A stretch of DNA of 60,467 bases from an uncultured Deferribacteres bacterium (GCA_964014485.1 CAXHAT010000015.1:1-60467); one strand, 5' to 3'. Shown: positions 49,573-59,842, counted from the first letter of the stretch. A program made the numbers and translations. Notes: generated by a model not told the origin, from the sequence alone.

Positions 49573-52014
49573 ATGAACAAAAAACTGCTTCCTTCTCTGA
49601 TTATTCCAAGCGCGGCGGGGATTGTGTTTCTGATCATCGGTTATTTTCTCTCGCCCCGCATCAATCCTTACTACGCCGGTTTGCCTCAAATCACCAAATA
49701 TGAGGCGGAGCGCATCGTCGAAAACTTTGCAGCGTCGCAAAATTTCGCATTGGACGGTTATTTCACGGAGACTTTTTTTTCGCGCGACGTTTCCGGGATG
49801 GACTATCTTGTGCGTACCAAAGGCCTGGATTCGACCATTGCCCTCGCAAGCGAAGAAGTGGTTCCCCTGGCCTATTGGGAAACAATGTATTACAAAAACA
49901 CGCCGCGCGATAATCAAGAGGAATTCTATCGTTTTCGGATTTCGCCGTCTGGAAAATTGGTCAGCTTCCAGCATGTAATTCCGGATTCCGCCAGCGGCGA
50001 CAGCCTTAGCGCCGCGGATGCAAACGCGCTGGCGCAGCAATACCTGCAATCCTGGCCGGAAATAAATCCCGGCTCTTTTGAGCTGGAAAGTTCGGCGCGC
50101 GTCAAAAAAACCAACCGCATTGACTACAGTCTCTCCTATACCAAAAAATCAGCTCGACTCGGCGACGGCGTGGAAGTGCTGCGCGTGCAAATCGCCGGAA
50201 ATGAAGTTGCGAGCGTACGCTGGGGTTTTCGAGAACCGAGTGATTTCTTAACGACTTCAGGCGTTGTAGGCGGCGCAAATTTGCTGTTCAACAGTGCGTC
50301 CGTCCTTGCCTACGTCATCGTAAGCGTCTTGGCGCTTTTCGCTTTTTTGAAGCTTTACCATGCGGGTTTGATCAGCGTCAAAAACGGCATGATGTTAGGC
50401 GCCGTACTCTACAGCGTTGTTGTGTTGATTTTGCTCAACAATTGGGACGTGTTTGACGTGGGCACAAACCTGGGCGCCATAAGCAAGTATTACACAAAAT
50501 TGATTCTGCTCGGCGCTCAAATAGTGACGCAATTCACTTACATGTTCGTCAACGTAGCGACGGCCTGGAGCGCTGGGCACTATCATGCGAGGCTGCAAAA
50601 GCCGGCTTTGCTGAGTGGTATTGACAGTCTGCTGAATCGAGAATGGTTCACCAAAAACATCGGCAGAGAAATTCCTGTCGGCGTTGCAGCGGGCACGATC
50701 CTTTTCGGCGCGGTTGTGCTGTTAAACTACATTTTGGTGACCGGTTTCGGCGCTCAGCCGAGGCTGACTTTCGGGGGGCAGGACTATTTTTCTCATTTCC
50801 TTCCCGTCGTTGGAATCCTTTTGAACGCCCTTTTCTTCGCGCTTTATTACGAAGTTGTTTTTCGAAAATTTTTGATCACTTTTTTCAATCGGATGCTCAA
50901 GTCGCCAGGCGGGGCGATTGGACTTTCGGCGGTGTTGTTCAGCCTGTTCAGCGTTTTTTTTAACGATCAGTTTGCGTTTTGGCCTTCTTACTTCACTCTC
51001 CTGCCCTATTTTCTCATCGGCCTGGTGCAAGGCTACGTCTTCTGGCGATTCGGCTTGCTGGCTTCGATGACTTCCGGAATTTTCTACGTCGCATACACCG
51101 CCGTCGGCCCAATGTGGGCCACGGGCGTGCCGACGTTTTCGATACGCGCCGTTGTCTGTATCGCTCTTTTTGTCGGCGTTTTGATTTGGGGATTGTTGGC
51201 GCTTTTTCGAGGCAAGCAACTCCACTTCGCCGCCGAAGAAGAGCCGGCGCATATCAAGCGAATCAAAGAACAAACGCGGATGCAAAAAGAGCTTGAGATT
51301 GCGCGCAAAGTGCAGTTGGGGCTGCTGCCCAAAAGCAACCCAAATCTCGCTGGTTTTGACATTTCCGGCGTTTGTATTCCAGCACAAGAAGTCGGCGGGG
51401 ACTATTTCGATTTTATCAAACTCAAAAACGGAAAGCTGGGTATTGCCGTCGCCGACGTTTCCGGAAAGGGCGTACCGGCGGCGATTTATATGACGCTGAC
51501 GAAGGGAATTTTGCAATCGCACGCCGAGGGGGAGCTATCACCGAAGGAGGTGCTCAGCAAAGTCAATAACTTGATGTACCGGACGATTGAGCGAAGTTGG
51601 TACGTCAGCATGTTTTATGCTGTTCTGGATGCGCAAAACAACATGATGCGTTTCGCGCGCGCCGGGCACAATCCCGCGATTGTCTTGAACAAAACGCAAG
51701 AGCAGCCGCAATTGCTGCAAACGGCGGGCATTGGCTTAGGATTGGACATTGGCGAGATTTTTACAAAAACGCTGGTCGAAGGCGAGATGCAGCTTGCTCA
51801 GGGAGACACGTTGGTTTTTTATACGGACGGCTTCACGGAAGCGATGAACAGCAACGGCGATGAATTCGGCGAAGACCGTTTCCTTGACTTGCTCAAAACC
51901 ACCGACAACGGTTCCGCGGAAGGTTTGCTCAAAGAAATGGTCTCAACCGTGCGTGACTTTGCCGGTTCAGCCCCGCAGCACGACGATATGACGATGGTGG
52001 TTTTGAAAGTCTAA
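49573..52014 (+). CDS. Membrane-bound PP2C/SpoIIE (RsbU-like) phosphatase with a CPBP-like membrane domain
   Basis: VGGDYFD, ADVSGKG, YTDGFTE and HDDMT motifs; TM region with YEVVFR. Confidence 0.92.
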   Translation: MNKKLLPSLIIPSAAGIVFLIIGYFLSPRINPYYAGLPQITKYEAERIVENFAASQNFALDGYFTETFFSRDVSGMDYLVRTKGLDSTIALASEEVVPLAYWETMYYKNTPRDNQEEFYRFRISPSGKLVSFQHVIPDSASGDSLSAADANALAQQYLQSWPEINPGSFELESSARVKKTNRIDYSLSYTKKSARLGDGVEVLRVQIAGNEVASVRWGFREPSDFLTTSGVVGGANLLFNSASVLAYVIVSVLALFAFLKLYHAGLISVKNGMMLGAVLYSVVVLILLNNWDVFDVGTNLGAISKYYTKLILLGAQIVTQFTYMFVNVATAWSAGHYHARLQKPALLSGIDSLLNREWFTKNIGREIPVGVAAGTILFGAVVLLNYILVTGFGAQPRLTFGGQDYFSHFLPVVGILLNALFFALYYEVVFRKFLITFFNRMLKSPGGAIGLSAVLFSLFSVFFNDQFAFWPSYFTLLPYFLIGLVQGYVFWRFGLLASMTSGIFYVAYTAVGPMWATGVPTFSIRAVVCIALFVGVLIWGLLALFRGKQLHFAAEEEPAHIKRIKEQTRMQKELEIARKVQLGLLPKSNPNLAGFDISGVCIPAQEVGGDYFDFIKLKNGKLGIAVADVSGKGVPAAIYMTLTKGILQSHAEGELSPKEVLSKVNNLMYRTIERSWYVSMFYAVLDAQNNMMRFARAGHNPAIVLNKTQEQPQLLQTAGIGLGLDIGEIFTKTLVEGEMQLAQGDTLVFYTDGFTEAMNSNGDEFGEDRFLDLLKTTDNGSAEGLLKEMVSTVRDFAGSAPQHDDMTMVVLKV

Positions 52015-52154
52015 GAGCGTGCCTGGAAACTCTAAAATTGTCATGCTGGAAGCATCTTTTTAAACTTTTTCCCAATAATTGCGGGAACGTTCATACTTGG
52101 CGATTTAAAAAGATTCCTACGGAATGACAAGATAAGGATTCTCCAAATATGTTC
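52015..52154. repeat. Family A core enclosed by different (IS5-like GAGC..) ends
   Basis: TTGTCATGCTGGAAGCATCTTT...AAAGATTCCTACGGAATGACAA flanked by degenerate GAGCGTGCCTGGAAA / TCTCCAAATATGTTC, between TAA and TAG. Confidence 0.6.
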
Positions 52155-52160
52155 TAGAAA

Positions 52161-52736
52161 TTACTGCAATTCTCGACTCCCAGGCTTTTCGACCAGCATG
52201 CCTTTTTCACAAAGCGGGCAGTTTGCGGGATCGTATGTTGTGACCGCAAGCTGCATTGCGCTGACATAACGCACGCCGAAATCCGCTTTCCCGCCGCTGC
52301 GATCCACGATTGAAAAAACGCCGAGCACATCGCCGCCTCTCTCCTGCACAAGCTTCACAACTTCTTTCACGGAACCGCCGGTCGTCACTACATCTTCGGC
52401 GACGAGAGCTTTTTCCCCGGGAGAAATTGAAAACCCGCGCCTTAGCGTCATTTCGCCTTCTTGCCGTTCCGCAAAAAGCGACCTGGCTCCCAATTGTCGC
52501 GCAACTTCTTGCCCCACAACAATACCGCCAACGGCCGGCGCGATGACGAGGTCCGGCTTTTGCCCCTTAAATTCTTCTTTCGCAGTGCGGCAAAGTTCTT
52601 CAGCAAAAGTTGGGTGTTGCAACACTTTCGCGCATTGAAAATATTGATCGCTGTGCAGCCCGGAGGTCAGTTTAAAATGCCCGGAGAGCAGAGCGCCGGT
52701 CTGGTGAAAAATGTCTAGCGCGCGTTGATTATCCAC
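52161..52736 (-). CDS. pyrE: Orotate phosphoribosyltransferase
   Basis: GHFKLTSG, EDVVTTGGS and KPGSR motifs. Confidence 0.96.
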   Translation of the reverse strand: MDNQRALDIFHQTGALLSGHFKLTSGLHSDQYFQCAKVLQHPTFAEELCRTAKEEFKGQKPDLVIAPAVGGIVVGQEVARQLGARSLFAERQEGEMTLRRGFSISPGEKALVAEDVVTTGGSVKEVVKLVQERGGDVLGVFSIVDRSGGKADFGVRYVSAMQLAVTTYDPANCPLCEKGMLVEKPGSRELQ

Positions 52737-52751
52737 AATTCCATCCTTTAT

Positions 52752-53552
52752 TTAAAACCACTTGGCCATCGCCGTTTGCATCTTTTCCGCAGCCCGACCC
52801 GCCGCATCTCCAAAGTCATTTCCTGAGCTTGCGTAAATGATGCTGCGAGAAGCGTTAATTAAAGCGTTTGTTCCTTGAATGGCGCTCAAAACCTCATCCA
52901 GATCGCCGCCCTGCGCGCCGACGCCTGGTATAAGAAACGGCAGATCCGGGCAAGTTTCACGCAGACGCGTTAGCTGCGGTATTTTCGTCGCTCCGGCAAC
53001 CAAGCCGCAATTCTCATTTTCATTCCAGCTTGCGACCAGTTCCGCCACGCGTAAATATAGGGGCGAATCTTCTCGCGGAAAATATTGCAAGTCCGCCGCT
53101 CCGGAGTTCGAGGTCAGACACAAACAAAAAGCGCCTTTTTCAGCTTGTGTCAAAAACGGCTCAACCGCGTCGAAGCCCATGTAAGGATTGACGGTTATCG
53201 CGTCAAAATCCAGGTTCTGAAAAACAGCATTAGCGTATTGCTTGGCGCTGTTACCAATGTCGCCTCTCTTGGCGTCCCCTACAATCAAGCAATCGTCCGA
53301 GACGGTTTCGCGCAGCTTTCCAAGCGCTTTCCATCCTTCAACGCCGTGCGCTTCGAAAAATGCAAAGTTAGGCTTAAAGGCAGCGGCAAATGACGCAGTC
53401 GCCTGCACAATTTCTGAACAAAAGCGCGTCAGCCAATCCGGATCGGTTCGCAGCGATTTTGGGATACGGTCGAACTGCGGATCAAGACCGACGCAGAGCA
53501 GGCTTTTCTTTTGTTTTTGAAGACGTTTGAGTTTTGAATTGAAAGTTTCCAT
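52752..53552 (-). CDS. pyrF: Orotidine-5'-phosphate decarboxylase
   Basis: LCVGLDP, DAKRGDIG, PGVGAQGG and NASRSIIYA motifs. Confidence 0.96.
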   Translation of the reverse strand: METFNSKLKRLQKQKKSLLCVGLDPQFDRIPKSLRTDPDWLTRFCSEIVQATASFAAAFKPNFAFFEAHGVEGWKALGKLRETVSDDCLIVGDAKRGDIGNSAKQYANAVFQNLDFDAITVNPYMGFDAVEPFLTQAEKGAFCLCLTSNSGAADLQYFPREDSPLYLRVAELVASWNENENCGLVAGATKIPQLTRLRETCPDLPFLIPGVGAQGGDLDEVLSAIQGTNALINASRSIIYASSGNDFGDAAGRAAEKMQTAMAKWF

Positions 53553-53772
53553 AGCGCCTTAAAATGTCTCATCATGAGAGCGTTGTTTCACGAAATAATG
53601 ATATTTTTGGGAAATCTGACAGCGTTTTCCCACTAGCCCCCTGAAAATTTTACACTGGTTTAAATTCAATGAATGAAAATTCGCCATCGCAAAATGAAGC
53701 GAACAAACCTAAACGCCGCACAAAGCTTTCATAAACATGGATTTAAGCGGCTTCGCGAAAAATTACAGAAAT

Positions 53773-53789
53773 CCGGTATTATTATTGCT
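53773..53789 (+). promoter_or_regulatory. Candidate sigma54 promoter
   Basis: CCGGTATTATTATTGCT (GG-N10-GC), about 50 bp upstream of the 64-aa ORF. Confidence 0.5.
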
Positions 53790-53840
53790 TTAAACAGGTT
53801 GTCACCAGGACGACTATCGTAATTACAGGGAGTTATCACC

Positions 53841-54035
53841 ATGCAGTACGCAACGGCTATGGATAGCTGTCGCGACAATTATTGTGACAGTTTGGAACAA
53901 AATAACACGCTTTATTCTGAAGCGTTTCAATATGCCCTCGAATTGAGCGGCGACGAAAAATTGGCTGAGCGCGTCGCTTCGCGTTTCTTAGATGTTGTCC
54001 GCGAAAAGCCCGAGCTAGTTCCAGCCCAATCTTAA
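53841..54035 (+). CDS. Hypothetical 64-aa protein
   Basis: AGGGGAG RBS and ATG start; helical, acidic sequence. Confidence 0.65.
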   Translation: MQYATAMDSCRDNYCDSLEQNNTLYSEAFQYALELSGDEKLAERVASRFLDVVREKPELVPAQS

Positions 54036-54066
54036 TTTATCAACGACCTTCTTTTCCCTATAAAAA

Positions 54067-54528
54067 ATGAGCGTAAAACCGATTTTGAAACGGGCTTCAC
54101 TCAGTGACAAATCGGTTTTGACGCCGTTCATCCAAGCCTACCACAAATTCGAAAAAATCTCATCTAACATCAACGAAGTAGAAGAAGCGCTAACGCCGTT
54201 ATTGATCGATGATTCCTTTGGCTGCGTCTGGCTTATTTGTCTCGAAGAGCGCCCAATCGGATACATCGTTCTTTGTTTTAGCTATTCACTTGAGTCGTTA
54301 GGCCGCGACGCCTTGATTGATGAAATGTTCATCGCAAAAGAATTTCGCGGCGGAGGCCTCGGCAAATCCGCGCTGAATTCCGCAGTTGAAGAAGCTAAAA
54401 AGTTTGGCGTCAAAGCGATTTACCTTGAAGTCAATCGCAACAACGTTCGAGCGCAAGAATTCTACAAATCTTTAGGCTTTCGCTCGCGTGATCAATTCTT
54501 CCTGATGGATTTAAACTTGAAGCCTTGA
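54067..54528 (+). CDS. GNAT family N-acetyltransferase
   Basis: FRGGGLGK, LEVNRNNVRAQEFYKSLGF. Confidence 0.92.
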   Translation: MSVKPILKRASLSDKSVLTPFIQAYHKFEKISSNINEVEEALTPLLIDDSFGCVWLICLEERPIGYIVLCFSYSLESLGRDALIDEMFIAKEFRGGGLGKSALNSAVEEAKKFGVKAIYLEVNRNNVRAQEFYKSLGFRSRDQFFLMDLNLKP

Positions 54529-56369
54529 AGTGACGGCGCAGCGGCGAGCAAAGCTTGCGTGTAAGGATGCTCCGGCGCGCTGATAATCTTTTCCACCGGC
54601 CCAATTTCAACAATTTTTCCTTTTTGCATTACGGCAATTCGCTGACAGGTGTAACCAAGCAGCGAAAGGTCGTGCGAAATGTAAATCGAGGTCAAATTCA
54701 TCGTTTCAGCAAGACCGCGCATTGTGTTCAAAATCCCGGCGCGGACGGATATGTCCAGCATTGAAACAGGTTCGTCGGCGATGAGAAGCTCAGGTTCTAA
54801 AATCAGTGCGCGCGCCAGCGTAACGCGCTGCAATTGCCCCCCGGAAAGTTCATGTGGAAACCGGTTCAACTCTTCGCTTGTCATCGGAAATCGGACTTTC
54901 TCCAGAATTTCCATGATCTTGCTGCGACGTTCACTCGAATCGCCGATTTGATGGATGATGAGCGGTTCTTCAAGGCTTCTGTATAGACTAAATCGCGGGT
55001 TCAGCGCTTCGAAAGGATTTTGGAACATGAGCTGAACGCGGCGGCGAAAATTCCGTTCAGCACCTCTGTTCATTGCCGCGATGTCAGCGCCGCAAAAACG
55101 AGCTTCGCCGCCGGTCGGAGAAAGCAATTTTAGCAAAATTTTAGCCGTTGTCGTCTTGCCGCTCCCCGACTCCCCCGCCAGCCCTAAAGCTTCCCCTTTG
55201 CGCAAAGAAAAAGAAACGCCGTCAACTGCCTGAACGCTTTTATTGAGCAAGCTGCCGAACCGTTTTTTCGCAAAAAAGACTTTCGACAAATTATCAATCT
55301 CAAGGAAGGGCTCTTGCTCTCTTGCAGGAAAACGCTCCTTTTCTTTAAGATGTTCTGAAGGCAAGCTTTTAACGCTAACTTTGTTGATTTCCAAATCTTC
55401 GCGAATATCCATTATCGCATCAGTGCGAATGCAGGCGGAAAATTGTTCGGGGTCGACGGGGGCGGAAAAGTTGGCGTTCTCTTCGCAATCGGGCGAGGCG
55501 ATGGAACAACGCGGGGCAAAGCGACAGCCCGGCGGCGGCGAGATCAAATTGGGCGGCTGACCAGCGATTGAAAAGAGTGCGCGCGTTCTTGCAGCAAGCG
55601 TTGGAAAAGAGCGTTGCAGCCCCAGGCTGTACGGATGCCGGGGCGTCTCAAAGAATTCTTTTGCAGGCGCACTTTCCACGATTTTGCCGGCGTACATCAC
55701 AGCGACATGCTCACAATTTTGCGCGACCACCGAAACGTCGTGCGTGATAAAAATAACCGTGAGTTTAAACGATTCTTGCAATTCTTTCAGCAACGCCAAA
55801 ATTTGCGCCTGAACAATCACGTCAAGTGCTGTGACAGGTTCGTCAGCGATCAGCAGTGAAGGATTTAACGCCAGGGCCATGGCAATAATGGCACGCTGCT
55901 TCATCCCGCCGGAAAGCTCGTGAGGGAATCGTTCCAGGTGTCCGGGCTCCAGGCCAACACGCTCAAAAAGCTCCACGGCTCTGGTCTTCGCTTTACTTTT
56001 CTCAATTCCGCCGCGCACACGCAATATTTCGCTAAATTGCTTGCCGACCCGCTGGACGGGATCAAGGGAATCCATCGAAGCTTGAGGAATGACCGCGATT
56101 TCACGCCACCGCAGCTCTCGCATTGCTTTGTCTGACAGACTATTAAGATCGATGTCTTTGTACAAAACCCTGCCGGAAAGCGCACGCCCGTTTGGCGGAG
56201 AAACGCGCGTTATGGCGCGCAGCAAACTCGTTTTACCGCAGCCCGATTCGCCGATCAAACCAAGATGACGCCCTTCGGGTAACGTTAGCGAAACTTCGTC
56301 AACGGCGCGCAGTTCCCCCTGGGACGTTCGATATGAAAAAACGAGATTTTCGATTTCCAGAATTGCCAT
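54492..56369 (-). CDS. Peptide ABC transporter, fused double ATPase (OppD-OppF type)
   Basis: GESGCGKT and GESGSGKT, two FPHELSGG signatures, HPY motifs. Confidence 0.95.
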   Translation of the reverse strand: MAILEIENLVFSYRTSQGELRAVDEVSLTLPEGRHLGLIGESGCGKTSLLRAITRVSPPNGRALSGRVLYKDIDLNSLSDKAMRELRWREIAVIPQASMDSLDPVQRVGKQFSEILRVRGGIEKSKAKTRAVELFERVGLEPGHLERFPHELSGGMKQRAIIAMALALNPSLLIADEPVTALDVIVQAQILALLKELQESFKLTVIFITHDVSVVAQNCEHVAVMYAGKIVESAPAKEFFETPRHPYSLGLQRSFPTLAARTRALFSIAGQPPNLISPPPGCRFAPRCSIASPDCEENANFSAPVDPEQFSACIRTDAIMDIREDLEINKVSVKSLPSEHLKEKERFPAREQEPFLEIDNLSKVFFAKKRFGSLLNKSVQAVDGVSFSLRKGEALGLAGESGSGKTTTAKILLKLLSPTGGEARFCGADIAAMNRGAERNFRRRVQLMFQNPFEALNPRFSLYRSLEEPLIIHQIGDSSERRSKIMEILEKVRFPMTSEELNRFPHELSGGQLQRVTLARALILEPELLIADEPVSMLDISVRAGILNTMRGLAETMNLTSIYISHDLSLLGYTCQRIAVMQKGKIVEIGPVEKIISAPEHPYTQALLAAAPSLQGFKFKSIRKN

Positions 56370-57251
56370 TTACGCCCTTCTTAGCTGCGGAATCAACACG
56401 ACCTCAAAGCCGCGCCCGATGAAAAACCCGGCCATTACGCTCAACATGATGCAAAGCCCCGGCGGGATAATCCAATAGAAAGCTCCCCGCGACATAGCCT
56501 GCGAAACGAAAGCGTCTTGCAGCATGAACCCCCAGCTCACCGTGCTGGGATCGCCAAAACCGAGGAAGCTCACGCTGGCTTCGGCTAAAATCGCCCAGCC
56601 GACGGCGAACGAACCGTAGAGAAACGCCAACGGCAACACGCCTGGCGCAATGTGAAAAAATAAAATGCGCCGCCTTCCCGCGCCGGAGATTTTTGCAGCC
56701 TGAACGTACGCCTGCTCCTTCAGAACTAAAACCTGAGCCCGGACGACGCGTGCGGTATCGCGCCAAAGCAAGAGGGCCATCGCAAAAACGATATTCCAAA
56801 TGCTCGGTTCAAGAAATGCGACCAGGACGATCACGAACGGCAAAAAAGGAATGCCGAACGCCACGTCCGCCAATCGCATAAAGAACGTTTCGACCCAGCC
56901 GCCGAAATACCCGGCGACGAGCCCAACAAGCGAACCGATGACGGCAACGGCGAGAGCTGCAGTAAAGCCGACCAGGAGCGCCGGACGAGCGCCGTAAATC
57001 ATTTGCGAAAAGATGTCCCGGCCAAGATTGGTCGTACCCAGCCAGAATCGTGCGGAAGGCGGTTCGTTGGCTAGCCAAACGCCGTTTTCCTGCAAAATGC
57101 TGTGTGGATCATGCGGCGCTAAAAGCGGGGCAAACAATGCGATGAGCATAAAAATCGCGTAAACAACAGCGCCAAACAGCGCGTAGCGATCTTTCTGGAA
57201 GACCTTGATGAACGGGACTATTGCGGCAGGTAAGAAGCTCAATGATTTCAT
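56370..57251 (-). CDS. Peptide ABC transporter permease (OppC/DppC type)
   Basis: LGTTNLGRD, EAA-like loop, EASVSFLGFG, SWGFML. Confidence 0.94.
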   Translation of the reverse strand: MKSLSFLPAAIVPFIKVFQKDRYALFGAVVYAIFMLIALFAPLLAPHDPHSILQENGVWLANEPPSARFWLGTTNLGRDIFSQMIYGARPALLVGFTAALAVAVIGSLVGLVAGYFGGWVETFFMRLADVAFGIPFLPFVIVLVAFLEPSIWNIVFAMALLLWRDTARVVRAQVLVLKEQAYVQAAKISGAGRRRILFFHIAPGVLPLAFLYGSFAVGWAILAEASVSFLGFGDPSTVSWGFMLQDAFVSQAMSRGAFYWIIPPGLCIMLSVMAGFFIGRGFEVVLIPQLRRA

Positions 57252-57352
57252 TTGTATCTAATCGATCCGAAAGCTCTGAAGTCAAATTCTTCTGCGCTTA
57301 ATCGTATAACGTTTTTAAGGCGACGATGAATGATCACGTTCTGTAAATCGTC

Positions 57353-58447
57353 TCAAGTTTGCGATTGCGAGCCGACGCGCGGGTCGAGCAGACCGTACAG
57401 TAAATCAGCGAACAAGTTCATCAACAGCATGATAATCGCAATGACGAGAAATGCGCCTTGCGCCAACGGATAATCGCTTGCCGCAACTGCGCGCACCAGC
57501 GTTCTGCCCAGACCCGGCCAGCCAAAAACGTTTTCTATCACAACATTGCCGCCGACGGAATAGCCTACGCCCAGTGCAAGCGCCGTCAGGACGGGGAGCA
57601 TTGCATTGCGCGCGGCGTGTTTCAGCATCAAACGGCTTTCGGAATACCCAGCCAAACGTCCCATTGTAACAAAATCGCGCTGCATCGTTTCAAGCATGTT
57701 GGAACGCATCAAAAGCAGCGGCAGACCGTGCAAGTAGATTGTTAAGGTGATTGCGGGAAGAGCAAGATGACGCCAGAAATCAAGCGAAGTGAGTTTGGCC
57801 CACTCCGATTCGTAAACGGTTCCGGGGCTTGTTGCGCCTGAAGAAGGCAGCCATTGCAATTGAAATGAAAAAAGCGTGAGCAGGAGCATCCCAACCCAAA
57901 ACTCCGGCGCCGCCCGCGTCATTATCGTGAAAATCACGCCAAATTTCTCAACGCGTTTGCCGCGCAACGCAGCCAAAAGAACGCCGCCCAAAACGCCGAA
58001 AAAATATGCAAAGACGAGCGCGAAGAGCGTGAGATAGAGGGTATTGGGAAGCACGTCGAGAATAATTTCGCCGACGGGTTTGCGTTGAAAAAAGGAGTCG
58101 CCAAGCTCGCCCTGCAGCAGGTTTCCAATATAGATAAAGTATTGTACTGGAAGCGGTTTATCGAGGCCGAATTGTCGTTTTAGTTCGTCTTGTTGCTCCT
58201 GCGTAAACGTTGGATCGATATACGCCGCCAGCGGATTGCCTGGCGCCAGACGAAACAGCAGAAAAAGCAGCGTGGCGATGACCCAGAGCACAAGCACAAA
58301 CTGGGCAAATCGGCGAAAAAAACGGATCAAACTGTTTTGCAAAAAATCATCCGTTAAACGTCTTCGGGTAACCGGTTTTTCGAAAAAAGCAAACGGAATC
58401 GCGAATGTCAAGGCGGCGTGGGCGTATTGCTTCGTACGCCCGCGCAA
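57353..58447 (-). CDS. Peptide ABC transporter permease (OppB/DppB type); true start probably about 100 bp downstream of the ORF start
   Basis: FGLDKPL..GELGDS, HAARNA, ENVFGWPGLG and LDPRV motifs. Confidence 0.93.
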   Translation of the reverse strand: MRGRTKQYAHAALTFAIPFAFFEKPVTRRRLTDDFLQNSLIRFFRRFAQFVLVLWVIATLLFLLFRLAPGNPLAAYIDPTFTQEQQDELKRQFGLDKPLPVQYFIYIGNLLQGELGDSFFQRKPVGEIILDVLPNTLYLTLFALVFAYFFGVLGGVLLAALRGKRVEKFGVIFTIMTRAAPEFWVGMLLLTLFSFQLQWLPSSGATSPGTVYESEWAKLTSLDFWRHLALPAITLTIYLHGLPLLLMRSNMLETMQRDFVTMGRLAGYSESRLMLKHAARNAMLPVLTALALGVGYSVGGNVVIENVFGWPGLGRTLVRAVAASDYPLAQGAFLVIAIIMLLMNLFADLLYGLLDPRVGSQSQT

Positions 58448-58449
58448 GT

Positions 58450-59754
58450 TTAACGCAGCAAGGTCATTTTTCGTGATTGTGCGTAGGACTTTCCAGCCGA
58501 TGTATTAGCAAAAACTCGGTAAATATAAACCCCGCTCGCGACCTGAGCGCCATGATCGTTTCGCCCGTTCCAAATGATTTTATGCGCACCCGGATTTTGG
58601 ACGCCCGAAATCAAGTTTCGAATAATTTGACCGCCCTGATTAAAAATCATCACCGTCACTTCACTCTTCGCAGGCAGGCTGTAACGAATCACGGTTTCGG
58701 GATTGAAGGGATTGGGGTAATTGCCCAAAAGTGTGAAATCTTCGGGCGTGATTTCGTCGGCGTTGCTGACGTTTGTCGTCATCAAGCCCTCAAGCGAATA
58801 GGAGGCGATCGCATTGTTCGTGCTGCAAACGATCAGATGGTTGCGTGCGCTGTCGTAAGCGACAAAACCGGTCTGGTTGCCGTTCGCGGTTGAGCCAAGC
58901 GACTCGGTTTCTGCAACCAACGCCGGCGATAATGGATCAGTAACATCGATGACTTTGTAGGTCTGCGCGCCGTCCGGTCCGGCGGCGATGTAGCTTTTTT
59001 CACCGATTCGGAAAAATGCAATGTCCATCGTTGCGGTCGGCAGGACGTTTGTTGGAATGGAAGCAACGTTGTCTCCGGTCACGAAATCAATCTGCGCCGT
59101 CGCCGTCCCGAAACCGTTGATCCAGATCGTTTCTTCACCAGGAACCGCCGCAATACCGCCGCGCGCTTCACCGGAATTCACCGAAATAAAACTCGGGTCA
59201 GACAGCGGCGCAGCGCCAAACCAGCCAAAACTCGCGATTTTGTTATTTCCAGTGCCGCTGGCAAAAACGTCTACGGCTTCACCTGAACCGCCGACGCCAA
59301 ACGCATCGCCGTAACGTCCGCCGTCTGAAAAGGTCGCTTCGAAAACGGCCCGCGCAGAGTCCGCCTCATCCGCCCAGCGATAAACTTTGAAGGGCGACGA
59401 CGTTGCGTCAACCGTCAAATTTCCCGCGAAAATCTGTCCGTCTTCCGTGACGCCGATTTCATTGATCGGAAACGTGCCCCCGGCTATGTTGATGGATTCC
59501 AAAACGCCGATCGAATCGCCGTTGGCCGCGTCCAGAATAACAACGCGCGGAGAAACGGCGCGACTGACGACGAGTACATGGCCGGTCGCGGGATTATAAG
59601 CGCCGCCGCGTTCCGTATTGCCTGTTCCAAACCATGTCGTTTCGCCGCCTTCAATTTTCCAGGCAGGGTTGTTTAACGTGATCTGGGCCTGCGCGCTCTG
59701 TACAAGGCAAAAGAGCGTCAAAAAAAGAATTGTCAGCAAATTTGACTTTTTCAT
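58450..59754 (-). CDS. Secreted beta-rich (DUF4623-like) protein with a FlgD-Ig/T9SS-like C-terminal domain
   Basis: GGAGG RBS before MKKSN; signal peptide; 'ERGGAYNPATGHVLVVSR', 'FKVYRW', 'RYGDAF'; C-terminal GNYPNPFNPET. Confidence 0.82.
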   Translation of the reverse strand: MKKSNLLTILFLTLFCLVQSAQAQITLNNPAWKIEGGETTWFGTGNTERGGAYNPATGHVLVVSRAVSPRVVILDAANGDSIGVLESINIAGGTFPINEIGVTEDGQIFAGNLTVDATSSPFKVYRWADEADSARAVFEATFSDGGRYGDAFGVGGSGEAVDVFASGTGNNKIASFGWFGAAPLSDPSFISVNSGEARGGIAAVPGEETIWINGFGTATAQIDFVTGDNVASIPTNVLPTATMDIAFFRIGEKSYIAAGPDGAQTYKVIDVTDPLSPALVAETESLGSTANGNQTGFVAYDSARNHLIVCSTNNAIASYSLEGLMTTNVSNADEITPEDFTLLGNYPNPFNPETVIRYSLPAKSEVTVMIFNQGGQIIRNLISGVQNPGAHKIIWNGRNDHGAQVASGVYIYRVFANTSAGKSYAQSRKMTLLR

Positions 59755-59842
59755 GTAGCCTCCATCCCTTGAAATGAGTTCTTTGTACCGCAAGGATTGA
59801 AAACTGCAATTTTAGTCGCGCTTTTGAAAACCAAAATGAAAA

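Noticed and set aside
49198..51522. Long antisense or alternate-frame ORFs (e.g. 49198..50049, 50722..51522; likewise 34796..35737, 29591..30325, 26834..27514)
   Set aside because: They are shadows of well-supported genes on the opposite strand and carry no recognisable motifs.
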